Made by a program: the position numbers and the translations under genes
NCBI GenBank assembly: GCA_947567695.1
Contig: CANONT010000003.1
Span: 4,768 to 68,767, forward strand
From: an uncultured Clostridium sp.
GTDB taxonomy: Bacteria; Bacillota; Clostridia; TANB77; CAG-508
DNA length: 64,000 nucleotides
Direction of reading: 5' to 3'
In this document: positions 1 through 10,593 of the stretch, piece by piece
Position numbering within the stretch: the stretch's first letter is position 1
How the letters are laid out: each line of letters starts with the position of its first letter
Notes under the pieces: generated by a model
What the model saw: the letters and a program-made list of their open reading frames with translations, nothing else
What the model was told of the DNA's origin: nothing
Database searches by the model: none

Positions 1-320
1 ACTTTACCCTATCACATGATTTCAGATTGGTAATAGCTTATCATACACAAGGGCAAGAAATTTATTGGCAATTCCAAAATTTTAACCCACCAAATAGTCT
101 TGTTATTGGAGAACAATTAGCTGATTCGAGTGGTTATACTTTAGCTGAGACTCCTTATAATTCTAGTTTTGCTGGTTACAAGGATTGGTTTATTCAAACT
201 TATAATAGACCTGGTTATACCATTGAAGCAGGTATTGGTGAAAACCCTTTACCTCTTTCGCAATTTGACGAAATTTATCAAGATAATTTAGGAATATTAG
301 TTTTAGGAGCAGTATTGTAA
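1..320 (+). CDS. M14-type peptidase (gamma-D-glutamyl-diamino acid endopeptidase-like), C-terminal fragment; 5' end lies outside the window
   Basis: The frame is open from the window edge. The C-terminal motif YKDWFIQTYNRPGYTIEAG resembles zinc carboxypeptidase/YqgT-like proteins. Confidence 0.45.
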   Translation, partial: FTLSHDFRLVIAYHTQGQEIYWQFQNFNPPNSLVIGEQLADSSGYTLAETPYNSSFAGYKDWFIQTYNRPGYTIEAGIGENPLPLSQFDEIYQDNLGILVLGAVL

Positions 321-581
321 TACTACTCCTAATTTTTGAATTACGGATCTCTTTTATCTATTATCTCTTGTTTCATTTTGCTTAGAGAATTATTCACATA
401 TTGTGTAGCTTGTTCGTCATAAATATATTTTCCATCTATTTTTCTATATTCTCATTTCCTAACTGCCATGCAATTAAATGACATCTTTCATATGCAAGTG
501 CAACATTTTTTATATTTTTTCTATATTTTTGTGTAATCTTTCTAAATTAGTGGTATACTTTTTATAATATATAAAACGGAG

Positions 582-3203
582 ATGATTCATTTGTCAAATA
601 ATACGACCAAAGATGAAGTAAATGTCAGCAAACTATATGGGCAAGAAGCCACCTTGCCAAAAGAGGAATTTATAAAAAAATATAAGGTAAAAGAAGAAGG
701 TCTTTCCTCAAGTGAAGCAGAAGAAAGGCTTCGCAATTTAGGTCTAAATGAAATCAAGCAAGCCAAGCCCAAAAAGTGGTATCACTACTTTTTAGAAAGT
801 CTATTTACCCCTTTTAATTGTATTTTGCTTGGTATTGTAGCTATTTTAATTTATACCGATATTTATTTACCACCCACGCCAAGTTATGCCAATATTATTG
901 TAATTGCTATCTTAGTTACAGCAAGTACTTTATTAGACTTTTTCGAGGAATACCGTTCCAATAAAGCAGCAGAAGAACTAAAGCAAATGGTAGCAACCAC
1001 AACAACAGTAATTCGTAATGGAGAAAAAATAGAAATTCCTATTCGTGAAGTAACGTTAGGAGATGTTGTGCTTCTTTCTGCTGGTAGTATGATTCCAGCT
1101 GATTTAAGAATAATCGAAGCCAAAGATTTATATGTAGGGCAATCCTCCTTAACAGGTGAATCCGATAGTGTTAAAAAAACAGTAGAAACTGAAACTTCTT
1201 TGAATAACTTAGACAGCATTGCAGACTTAGACACTATTTGCTTCATGGGAACCAATGTTATCTCAGGCAGTGCCAAAGGAATTGTCATTAAAACAGCTGA
1301 CTCTACTTACTTTGGTAAAGTGGCTCACACATTAACAATTGGAAAGCCCAAAACCGCTTTCCAAAAAGGAATTGAAAGCATCAGTAAATTATTAATTCGT
1401 TTCATGTTAATTATGATCCCAATTGTATTTTTGCTAAATGCTTGGAAACATGATATCATCACAGCCTTTACCTTTGCTGTGGCAATAGCAATAGGAATTA
1501 CACCACTTCTATTACCTGTTATCTTATCCTCTAGCTTATCTAAAGGTGCCATCCGAATGTCTAAGAAAAAAACCATTGTTAAAAAGCTTGATTCCATTCA
1601 AAACTTTGGTGCCATGAATATCTTATGTACGGATAAAACAGGAACCTTAACAGAAGACAGGATTGTATTAGAAAAATATTTAGATATTAAAGGGGAAGAA
1701 GATACTAGAGTTTTAAAACATGCCTTTTTAAATTCCTATTTTCAAACTGGTTTAAAAGGAAATATTGATGAAGCTGTGATCCAAAGAGCTTTTGAAAATA
1801 ACATGAAAGACATTTCAGAAAAATACAAAAAAATAGATGAAATTCCTTTTGACTTCTCTCGTAGACGCTTATCTGTTGTAGTAAGTGATGGTAGCAAAAA
1901 GCAATTAATCACAAAAGGTGCTGTAGAAGAAATTCTAAACATCTGTACCATGGTAGATTATCAAGGAGAAGTTTCTCCCATTACAAAAGAAATCAAAGAA
2001 AACATCAGGAACATTAGTAAATCTTTAAATGAAGATGGTTTAAGAGTTGTTGCTGTATGCCAAAAAAATGATATTGCTAATATCGAAAACTTTTCAGTAA
2101 GCGACGAAAAAAATATGGTATTACTAGGATTTATTGGATTCTTAGACCCTCCCAAAGAAAGTGCAAAAGAATCCATTGAAAAATTAAATCATGCTGGTAT
2201 TCGTGTCATGGTTTTGACAGGTGACAATGCTGAAGTTACGAGATGTATTTGTAATAAAGTTGGCATCAACTCTAAAAATATCGTATTAGGCAGTAAACTT
2301 GATAAATTAACAGATGTCGCTGTTTTGCGATTATTAAAAAGAACCAATATATTTGCCAAACTTTCGCCGATTCAAAAGGCGAGAATCGTAAGACTTTTAA
2401 GAGAATCTGGAAATGTTGTTGGTTATATGGGAGATGGTATTAATGATAGTCCTTCTCTTACCAATTCCGATGTAGGTATTTCGGTTGACACCGCAGTTGA
2501 TATTGCCAAAGAAGCAGCTGATATCATCTTACTAGAAAAAGATTTAAATGTTCTATTAGATGGTGTTACAGAAGGTAGACGTACCTATGTAAATCTCATG
2601 AAATATATTAAACTAGCAACAAGTTTTAACTTTGGAGAAGTCGTTTCTGTCATCATTGCCAGTGCCTTATTACCATTTTTACCAGAAACACCAATTCAAT
2701 TATTAGTAGAAGGATTGCTTTATGATTTTGGACAATTAACCCTACCTTTTGACCATGTAGATAAAGAATCTTTACAACGCCCCAAAACATTTTCCATTAA
2801 AAGCTTAAAAGAATTCATGTTTTTTATGGGACCACTTAGCTCGGCATTTGATATGCTTGTATTCGCCTCTCTTTGGTTCATTTTCCAAGTAAGAGATGTT
2901 GCTACTTTCCAAACCATTTGGTTTAGTTATAGTATCACTTCTAACTTAGTTGGTATGCATATCATTCGTACAGCAAAATTACCATTCGTACAAAGTAATG
3001 CCCATAAAGCTGTTTACATTTCCTCTATTTCTTTAATTATCATTGGAATTTTAGTACCTTTTACTGGTTTAGGAAATTTACTTGGATTTGTACCAATTGC
3101 TATTAAATATATTGTCTTAATTTTTGCTATTACACTTCTTTACTGCTTTGTGGCTATCTTTGCTAAAAAGATTTACATTAAAAAATATGGAGAGTGGATC
3201 TAA
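582..3203 (+). CDS. mgtA: Magnesium-translocating P-type ATPase
   Basis: 873 aa with the CTDKTGTLT phosphorylation motif, TGES, MVLTGDN and GDGINDSP, and an MgtA/MgtB-like N-terminus and TM layout. The start could instead be TTG at 591. Confidence 0.9.
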   Translation: MIHLSNNTTKDEVNVSKLYGQEATLPKEEFIKKYKVKEEGLSSSEAEERLRNLGLNEIKQAKPKKWYHYFLESLFTPFNCILLGIVAILIYTDIYLPPTPSYANIIVIAILVTASTLLDFFEEYRSNKAAEELKQMVATTTTVIRNGEKIEIPIREVTLGDVVLLSAGSMIPADLRIIEAKDLYVGQSSLTGESDSVKKTVETETSLNNLDSIADLDTICFMGTNVISGSAKGIVIKTADSTYFGKVAHTLTIGKPKTAFQKGIESISKLLIRFMLIMIPIVFLLNAWKHDIITAFTFAVAIAIGITPLLLPVILSSSLSKGAIRMSKKKTIVKKLDSIQNFGAMNILCTDKTGTLTEDRIVLEKYLDIKGEEDTRVLKHAFLNSYFQTGLKGNIDEAVIQRAFENNMKDISEKYKKIDEIPFDFSRRRLSVVVSDGSKKQLITKGAVEEILNICTMVDYQGEVSPITKEIKENIRNISKSLNEDGLRVVAVCQKNDIANIENFSVSDEKNMVLLGFIGFLDPPKESAKESIEKLNHAGIRVMVLTGDNAEVTRCICNKVGINSKNIVLGSKLDKLTDVAVLRLLKRTNIFAKLSPIQKARIVRLLRESGNVVGYMGDGINDSPSLTNSDVGISVDTAVDIAKEAADIILLEKDLNVLLDGVTEGRRTYVNLMKYIKLATSFNFGEVVSVIIASALLPFLPETPIQLLVEGLLYDFGQLTLPFDHVDKESLQRPKTFSIKSLKEFMFFMGPLSSAFDMLVFASLWFIFQVRDVATFQTIWFSYSITSNLVGMHIIRTAKLPFVQSNAHKAVYISSISLIIIGILVPFTGLGNLLGFVPIAIKYIVLIFAITLLYCFVAIFAKKIYIKKYGEWI

Positions 3204-3241
3204 AAATTGCCAAAAGGGACGATCCTTTTTGGCAATTTTTC
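3204..3241 (+). terminator. Rho-independent terminator after mgtA
   Basis: Stem AAATTGCCAAAAGG / CCTTTTTGGCAATTT followed by a T-run. Confidence 0.7.
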
Positions 3242-3412
3242 TGTATATTATATTTCTTCTTAAATAGGGAAAACCCCTGAAAGGGGCTTTTTACTAGATT
3301 GTAAGGTCTCTTTTGTCAACATCGGGCAGATTTGATGCCCGAATGTGCTGATTGTACCGTTCAACCATTGACTTATTCACTCATCATTGTCAATGAAAAA
3401 CAAATCTTCACT

Positions 3413-6400
3413 TCACGACAACAGCTCTACCTTATCTGCTCCCAAAATTTCCTCAAAAACCTCTTGAATCTGTTCCGTCAAATAGATTTGCCCACATGGT
3501 TTAAGTTCTCCATCTATCTTAATTTGCACATTCATATTATTCCTATCCCCATTAAAATAACGCAAAGCCCCTCTTAGTTTCTCTTTTTGTTCCTCATTAG
3601 CATTCGTAAGATCAAGAGTAAAAATCTTTTGTTTTTGCTCTCCAAAATCCTTTAATTCATTCGCAATAATGGTTGTTGTATCATCTTCTCGAATGCTCAA
3701 ACGACCATCAACCACAACAATATTTTCTTCTACCAGACTTTTGCCAGCGCTAAGATAAGCACTCTCAAACACAAGAATTTCTGCTGTTCCATACAAATCT
3801 TCTATCGTAACAAAAGCCATAATCTTATTATTTTTCGTATATTTCTTTTTAATCGAAGTAATAATGCCCACATATTTTATTTTTTGTCCATCGACGAATT
3901 TTGGCTTTTCCCTTCTTGTACTTTCCTCCATTAGCGATTGTGAACTCATTTGCTCATCTATCTCACGTAATTGCATGGTATTAATGGTTGCTTGTGCTTC
4001 AATTTGACTTCTAAATTTTTCCAATGGATGACCTGAAATATAAATTCCTAGCATTTCTTTTTCAATGGATAACAATTCCTTATTTGACATCTCTTCATGC
4101 TCATCAAACTTATACTTGATTTCATTCATTTCTTCTTTTTCTTGCTCTGAACCCAAATCAAACATAGAAACCTGTCCGTCCAAACCCTTTTTTTTACTAC
4201 TTTGAATGGCATCAATAATTCCTTCAAAAGAAGCCAATAGAGTACTTCTCGTTTGTTCAAACTCATCAAATGCACCAGCTTTTATCAAGCTTTCAATACA
4301 TTTTTTATTAACCGCTTCATCTGCAATTCTCTCACAAAAATCAGTAAAGCTTTTATACGGTCCATTCTCTTTTCTTTCTTTCACAATACTGTTAACTGGC
4401 ACGGTTCCTACATTTTTGATACTTCCTAGCCCAAAACGAACTTTAGCGATCGATGATGATGATGTCGATGGCGATGGCGACTTTGTGCCTGTCCCAAACT
4501 CGCCACTCTCTCCAAACTCGCTGTACTCGGTTGTAAATTTAGCTTCACTTTTATTGATTTCTGGTTTTAATATTTCGATGCCTAATGTTTTACATTCGTC
4601 AATATATTGTGGTATTTTATCTAAGTTTCCCAAGAAGCTATTTAGTGTTGCTGCCATAAACTCTGCTGGATAGTAGGCTTTTAAGTAAGCAGTTCGATAA
4701 GCAATAACCGCATAACAAGCTGCATGTGATTTATTGAAAGCATATTTTGCAAATTCTGCCATTTCATCAAATATTTTATTGGCAGATTGTTCATCGATTC
4801 CGTTTCTAACGCAACCTGGTACAATTACGTTTCCTTCTTCATCTACTTGCCCATGAATAAAAATTTCTCTTTCTTTTGCCATGACATCTAGCTTTTTCTT
4901 TCCCATGGCTCTTCTTACCAAATCTGCTCTTCCCAGAGAATAGCCAGCTAAATCACGTACAATTTGCATAACTTGTTCTTGATACACCATACAACCATAA
5001 GTTACATTTAAGATTGGCTCTAATCGTGGATGGGTATATTCGTTATGACCTGGATTTAGTTTTCCTTTTACATATCTTGGTATTTGATCCATTGGTCCTG
5101 GTCGATATAATGACACCCCTGCTATCAAATCTTCCAAACAGTCTGGTTTTAACTCTTTCATGAAATTTGTCATACCTTGTGACTCAAATTGGAAAATGCC
5201 ACAAGATTTTCCTTCTTGCCATAGTTTATATACTTTTGGATCTGCCATTTCTTGATCAAATTCAACTTCAATTCCTCTATTTTCTTTAACTAAATCAATG
5301 GTATCTTGAATAACGGTCAATGTTCTTAATCCTAAAAAGTCCATTTTTAACAAACCCAATTCCTCTAAAGTTGTCATGATATACTGGGTTGAAATTTGGT
5401 CATCTCGAACATATAATGGCACATAAGTGTCAACTGGATCTTTTGTAATAACTACTCCACAAGCATGTGTAGATGCCTGTCTCGGCATTCCCTCTAGTGC
5501 CATGGCAATATCTAATACTTTTTTTACCGTTTCATCTGTTTCATATCGTTCTTTCAATTCCTTGTTTTGCTCTAATGCTTTTTGAATCGTGATATGCAAT
5601 TCATTTGGTATCATTTTTGCCAATCCATCTGCCTCGGAATACGGCACATCTAACACCCTTGCCACATCTCGAATCACCATTTTAGCTGCCATCGTTCCAA
5701 ACGTGATAATCTGAGATACATGGTCATGTCCATATTTTTCTGATACATAATCAATTACATCTTGTCTACGTTCATAACAAAAATCTACATCAAAATCAGG
5801 CATACTAATTCTTTCTGGATTTAAAAATCTCTCAAAAAGAAGCCCATATTTCATAGGGTCAATATCTGTAATCTCAATCGCATAGGCAATGATCGAACCC
5901 GCCCCTGAACCACGTCCGTGGTCCTACTGGTATATTATGTGTTTTCGCATAATGGATAAAGTCCCATACAATCAAGAAATAATCGACATATCCCATTTTT
6001 TGAATGACACCTAATTCATATTCCATTCTGTCCAATATTTCTTGGGATGGATTTTCGCCATATCTATTTTTGATTCCGTCATCACATAACTTTTTAAAAT
6101 AGTCATAATGAGTTGGAAATTCTTCTGGTACATCATAATTCGGCAAAATCGTATGTCCAAATTCAAAATCTACATTACATTTCTCTGCAATTTTAACGGT
6201 ATTTTCAATGGCATCTGGAAAAGCTTTAAAATACTCAATCATTTCTTCTGGCGATTTAACATATAGTTCATCGGTTTCAAAACGCATTCTGTCTATGTCA
6301 CTCATTCTTTTACCAGTCTGAATACAAAGTAAAACTTCGTGATTATAGGCATCTTCTCTTTTTAAATAATGAGCGTCATTGGTTGCTACTAGCGGAATAT

Positions 6401-6989
6401 CTAACTTTCTAGCTAAAGCAATTAATTTCTGGTTAGCTAAAACTTGTTCTTTGATTCCATTATTCTGAATTTCGATATAATAGTCTTCTCCAAATACGCC
6501 TTTGTGCCAAAGTGCAATCTCTTCGGCTTTTTCATTATCTCCATTTAATAAGGCTTGATTGACTGCCCCTGCTAAACAGGCACTTAGACAAATCAATCCT
6601 TCATGGTATTTCTCTAATACCTCTAAATCAATACGGGGTTTGTAATAATAGCCATCGACAAATCCTATAGAAACCAACTTACTCAAATTTTGATACCCTT
6701 GCTGATTTTTTGCCAATAAAATTAAGTGGTTGTAACGGTTATCAATATTCGGCTCTTTGTCAAAACGACTTCTTGGCGCTACATATACTTCACAACCAAT
6801 GATTGGCTTGATGCCTTCTTTTTTACAAGCTTTATAAAAGTCAATCGTTCCATACATGGCTCCATGGTCCGTAATGGCTATGGCATCCATTCCTAATTCT
6901 TTGGCTCTTACTGGTAAGTCCTTAATTCGATTGGCTCCATCTAGTAAACTGAATTCACTATGGATATGTAAATGCACAAAATTTGACAT
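3413..6989 (-). CDS. dnaE: DNA polymerase III alpha subunit DnaE; the frame is broken once, at in-frame CGG 5916..5918
   Basis: The PHP domain (FVHLHIHSEFSLLDG) lies in ORF 5874..6989 and the polymerase core and OB fold in ORF 3413..5854. Skipping the C of CGG gives the conserved [34 protein letters not shown]. Confidence 0.9.
5916..5918 (-). other. Frame-break site 1 (dnaE): GGA CCA CGG A-CGT; the protein resumes at GGA in the +1 frame
   Basis: Translation of both frames across the site; the conserved GPGRGS motif is restored only by a +1 shift. Confidence 0.85.
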
Positions 6990-7203
6990 GTTTTTCTCTC
7001 CTCTTTGTCGAATTTTCTTTTGTCTGATTATATCACTTTTGTTTATGAAATTCTACTGTTTTAGCTTTTAACTTTTGTTTTTTTAAGTTTCCGCCATTTG
7101 GTGGAAATTTATAAAAAATGAAAACTTAAAAATTTATCATTTGCTTATTTTAGATTTTTATGTTATACTGTATACATAATATTTAGAATGGAGAAAATTA
7201 ACA

Positions 7204-8418
7204 ATGAAAATTCAAAAAAATAGATTGAACGGATTGTTCGGAAAAGTAAAATTTGGAGAAGGAAAATCTTGTATTGCCTATTGTAAGCCACTTGCTAAAT
7301 ATCATTTAGACCAAAACAAATGGAAAAAAGTAGAAAGCAATAGTGAAATTGGCAAAGCTTTTTCTGTCGTAAAATACAATACTGAATTTGGAAAAAAAGC
7401 AAACGATTCTAATTCGGATTTTGATTATTTTATTCTTTTAGATAGTTTACGAGTAGAAAATTATTCCAAAAGAGGAACCACCCCTGACAATAGTGGTTGG
7501 AGCATGGGCAACTATTTAACAGAACTAGATAAAAGTAATAAAAGAATAAAAGCACTCTCTTTTTTAGTCGATCAAGACGGTCCACTAGAAGATGAATCAA
7601 AATTTCTTGCTCAAAAAATTAATCAATTAAAAGAAATGGACGATTGTAAGAATATTCATGTATTAGGAGTATCAAAATGTGGCGATATGGTGGTATCAAT
7701 GTTAAAATATCTAAGCGATTCTCATTTAGATAAGCTAAATGTATTAGCAGCTCAGGCTCCTTATCTTGGAACGATTATGGCATCTCCCAAAATTTTATAT
7801 GCTAAAACAAATGAAATAATTGGAAAAGTACCCTCGACTTTATTAAAAAGGATGGTTCCTAATCTACAAAAAATTAAACCGACTCAAAATACAATACCAT
7901 CTTCTACTAAGCAAAGCAATTTAGCCAAAATTTTAACTGATATTCATTGGAATGTATTTAGCCAATCACATATGGATTATGATATTTCTTTGGTGGGAAA
8001 AGACGGCGTTCCCCATAAGCATCAAGATCGATATGACAAAAACTTTTTAGCAAATCTTTTTGATGAAAAAACACTAACAAGATTAAGACAAGTAGATTTT
8101 ACTAACATCACCACTACTTGCACTCCAAAAACAGTAGAACATTCTTTAAAATCTCTAAATGCTTCAGCTTTTATGCTATATATTTCTAGTCAAGTCCTAT
8201 TTGATGAACCTTCTGATGGTATGGTTCCTTTAAGTTCTTCGCAATATATCGAACAAGTTTGTAAAGAACATTGTATTCCAATAGCAACTCTTAGAATTAA
8301 AGATGGTCATCATGCTATTTCAGGTGATACTCGAATGGTTAAACAAATCGTACAACAAAAAATAATAACGAGAGATTCTAAAAATAAAGAAGAACAAGAA
8401 GATATTCTATCTCATTAA
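7204..8418 (+). CDS. Hypothetical protein, possibly an alpha/beta-hydrolase-like fold
   Basis: 404-aa ORF with an RBS. It has weak lipase/esterase-like features (HVLGVSKCG, PSDGMVP, GHHAISGD) but no canonical GxSxG motif. Confidence 0.35.
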   Translation: MKIQKNRLNGLFGKVKFGEGKSCIAYCKPLAKYHLDQNKWKKVESNSEIGKAFSVVKYNTEFGKKANDSNSDFDYFILLDSLRVENYSKRGTTPDNSGWSMGNYLTELDKSNKRIKALSFLVDQDGPLEDESKFLAQKINQLKEMDDCKNIHVLGVSKCGDMVVSMLKYLSDSHLDKLNVLAAQAPYLGTIMASPKILYAKTNEIIGKVPSTLLKRMVPNLQKIKPTQNTIPSSTKQSNLAKILTDIHWNVFSQSHMDYDISLVGKDGVPHKHQDRYDKNFLANLFDEKTLTRLRQVDFTNITTTCTPKTVEHSLKSLNASAFMLYISSQVLFDEPSDGMVPLSSSQYIEQVCKEHCIPIATLRIKDGHHAISGDTRMVKQIVQQKIITRDSKNKEEQEDILSH

Positions 8419-8526
8419 CTATCAATAATTCTTGAAATATCTTGTACTGTTTTTCGATTTTACACGAAACCATTTTTATGGTATACTGCCATATAGTTAA
8501 AAAATGAAAAGAAAGGATACCTCACT

Positions 8527-8946
8527 ATGAGTTTTACATTTGAAAGAAAAATAAATTATTATGAAACAGACCGAATGGGAGTCGTTCATCACTCTAACTA
8601 CATTCGTTTTTTAGAAGAAGCCAGATGTGCGATGTTAGATGCCAATCATATGCCCTATTCTGCCTTTGAGGAAAAAGGTGTAATGATTCCTGTTCTAGGT
8701 GTCAATTGTGATTATAAATCACATGTCACATTTGATGACATCATTAAAATTAAGCCTTTTGTCAAACAATTCAATGGCGTTCGTTTGACAATGGGATATC
8801 ACGTAACTCGTAAAGATACCGGTGATTTAGTATTAGTCGGTGAAACCAAACACTGCTTTACCGATTTAACCTTAAAACCCATTCGCTTACAAAAGCAAAT
8901 TCCTGATTTTTATCATAAATTTGCAGATTTAAAATTAGATCCATGA
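8527..8946 (+). CDS. Acyl-CoA thioesterase, YbgC/4HBT family
   Basis: YYETDRMGVVHHSNYIRFLEEAR hot-dog fold signature; 139 aa. Confidence 0.8.
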   Translation: MSFTFERKINYYETDRMGVVHHSNYIRFLEEARCAMLDANHMPYSAFEEKGVMIPVLGVNCDYKSHVTFDDIIKIKPFVKQFNGVRLTMGYHVTRKDTGDLVLVGETKHCFTDLTLKPIRLQKQIPDFYHKFADLKLDP

Positions 8947-9094
8947 ATTTCAAAGTTATTTCGCAGATGAGAAATAACTTTTTTTTTAACTTTAATTTAG
9001 CCTTATCAATTTTAATTAGAATCAACAACATTCTCATTCACCAATCGACAAAACCTGACATAGAATATAATAGCCCAAAGTCAGAGGTGATAAA

Positions 9095-9949
9095 ATGAAT
9101 CATATAAAAAAAGGCGACATCGTTGCCAGAAAATCTTACAGCAAAGATATCTTATTTAAAGTAAAAAATATCATAAATACACCACAACAGAAAATAGCCA
9201 TTTTAAAAGGACTTGTTGACAGAATTGAAGTAGACAGCAAGATCGATGACTTAGAAATCGTTGACAGACAAACCGTGAATGATAAAATAAAAAAATTTCA
9301 TCATAAAATGGATGACAAAATAATAGAAACCAAAGAAAAAAGAAATCCGAATGAATATAAAATTGGAATCCTGAGTCCTAACAATCGAAACAAAGAAAAA
9401 ATCATAACTGGAAAAATACTACATTTAGACGGCGATAAAAAATATGGTCAGAAATCCTATTATTACTATAAAAAATTAGGACTAAATGCCATTGTAAAAA
9501 ACATTCCTGAATATCGACAACCAAAAGTGATTTATAATTTATTACAAAAATACAACCCTGATATCCTTGTAATCACTGGGCATGATGGAATGATAAAAAA
9601 AGGAAGAGACTATAACAATATTTATAATTATAGAAATTCAAAATATTTCATTCAAACCGTAAAAGAAGCCAGAAAATACGACCAAGAAAGTAACAACCAT
9701 CTAGTTATCTTTGCTGGTGCTTGTCAAAGTTACTTTGAAGCCATTATTTCTGCTGGAGCAAACTTTGCCTCTTCCCCTGCCAGAATACTAATCGATTTTT
9801 TAGATCCTTTAGTCATAGCAGAAAAAGTCGCATTTACCGAAAAATACAAATATGTCACTATTGATGATATTGCAAAAGAACTAAGAGACGGAAAGAAAGG
9901 TGTTAGCGGAATTGGAGCCAATGGAAAAATGATAAAACAATTAGAATAA
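9095..9949 (+). CDS. yabG: Sporulation peptidase YabG
   Basis: 284 aa with the ILVITGHDG ... VIFAGACQSYFE pattern typical of YabG. It lies next to veg, as in Bacillus. Confidence 0.8.
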   Translation: MNHIKKGDIVARKSYSKDILFKVKNIINTPQQKIAILKGLVDRIEVDSKIDDLEIVDRQTVNDKIKKFHHKMDDKIIETKEKRNPNEYKIGILSPNNRNKEKIITGKILHLDGDKKYGQKSYYYYKKLGLNAIVKNIPEYRQPKVIYNLLQKYNPDILVITGHDGMIKKGRDYNNIYNYRNSKYFIQTVKEARKYDQESNNHLVIFAGACQSYFEAIISAGANFASSPARILIDFLDPLVIAEKVAFTEKYKYVTIDDIAKELRDGKKGVSGIGANGKMIKQLE

Positions 9950-10085
9950 TTCAATTTATAATTAAAAATAACCCAACTTAACACAATTGTAATATAATTG
10001 TAACACAACCGTAAAACAAGACGATAAAAACGATGAACCTATTGAAATTAGGCGAATATAGTCAATTGACACAACTTTATCTTTT

Positions 10086-10114
10086 TTGACAATTTATGCA
10101 AAAAATGCTATAAT
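10086..10114 (+). promoter_or_regulatory. Sigma-A type promoter of veg
   Basis: TTGACA (10086-10091), a 17-nt spacer ending in TGC, then TATAAT (10109-10114); this is a near-consensus extended -10 promoter. Confidence 0.7.
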
Positions 10115-10142
10115 CAAGCCATCTTGAGGGAGAGGTGATTAC

Positions 10143-10439
10143 ATGATTTGTCGTACAGACATAACAAATCTAAAAACAGACATCTTAGACAAAGTGGGTC
10201 AAAAGATAATCGTAAAAGGTTCATTGGGAAGAAGCAAAGCCTTTGAAAAAGAAGCTACAATAGAAAAAGCCTATCCAAATATTTTCGTTGTAAAATATGA
10301 AGAAAATGATAGAAATGTTACTTATAGTTATACCGATGTATTAACTAGAACAGTTGAAGTTGAGGTTTTTGATGGAGATTCCTATTCACCATTAATACCA
10401 CCAGCAGTAGAAACCAAAAGAAAAAAGACATCCTTATAA
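10143..10439 (+). CDS. veg: Veg (DUF1021) biofilm/sporulation-associated small protein
   Basis: GRSKAFEKEATIEKAYPNIFVVKYEENDRNVTYSYTDVLTRTVEV matches the Veg family pattern. Confidence 0.8.
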   Translation: MICRTDITNLKTDILDKVGQKIIVKGSLGRSKAFEKEATIEKAYPNIFVVKYEENDRNVTYSYTDVLTRTVEVEVFDGDSYSPLIPPAVETKRKKTSL

Positions 10440-10535
10440 TGTGGAATGTGCAATGGGGACGTTTCCTTTTGCACATGAGATTAAAAAATCCCATGTGCAA
10501 AAAGAAACGTCCCCATTGCACATTCCACATTTTTG
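10439..10535 (+). terminator. Very long palindromic terminator after veg (head-to-head dimer of repeat unit C)
   Basis: 92-bp near-perfect palindrome ATGTGGAATGTGCAATGGGGACGTTTCC...GGAAACGTCCCCATTGCACATTCCACAT followed by TTTTT. Confidence 0.6.
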
Positions 10536-10593
10536 TCATAAATCTATTTACCTCCTAATATACATGTATAAAGAAAAAAAAGGAGGTAACCAA

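Noticed and set aside
330-581. M-box or other riboswitch upstream of mgtA
   Set aside because: I could not recognise conserved M-box elements or a convincing terminator/antiterminator pair by eye, so this cannot be supported without an Infernal/Rfam scan.
4206-4673. 155-aa antisense ORF within dnaE. Similar antisense or overlapping ORFs occur at 587-772, 884-1288, 1325-1597, 14669-14932, 17184-17534, 22875-23312, 26755-27180, 40890-41499, 42125-42439, 44881-45118, 55664-56151, 57165-57518 and others.
   Set aside because: They are fully embedded opposite or overlapping well-supported conserved genes. Their composition is low-complexity or hydrophobic, as expected from AT-rich antisense DNA.
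10441-10593. N-terminal 51 codons of ORF 10441..12141 (MECAMGTFPFAHEIKK...)
   Set aside because: These codons are the translation of the long veg-terminator palindrome. A proper RBS and ATG occur at 10594.
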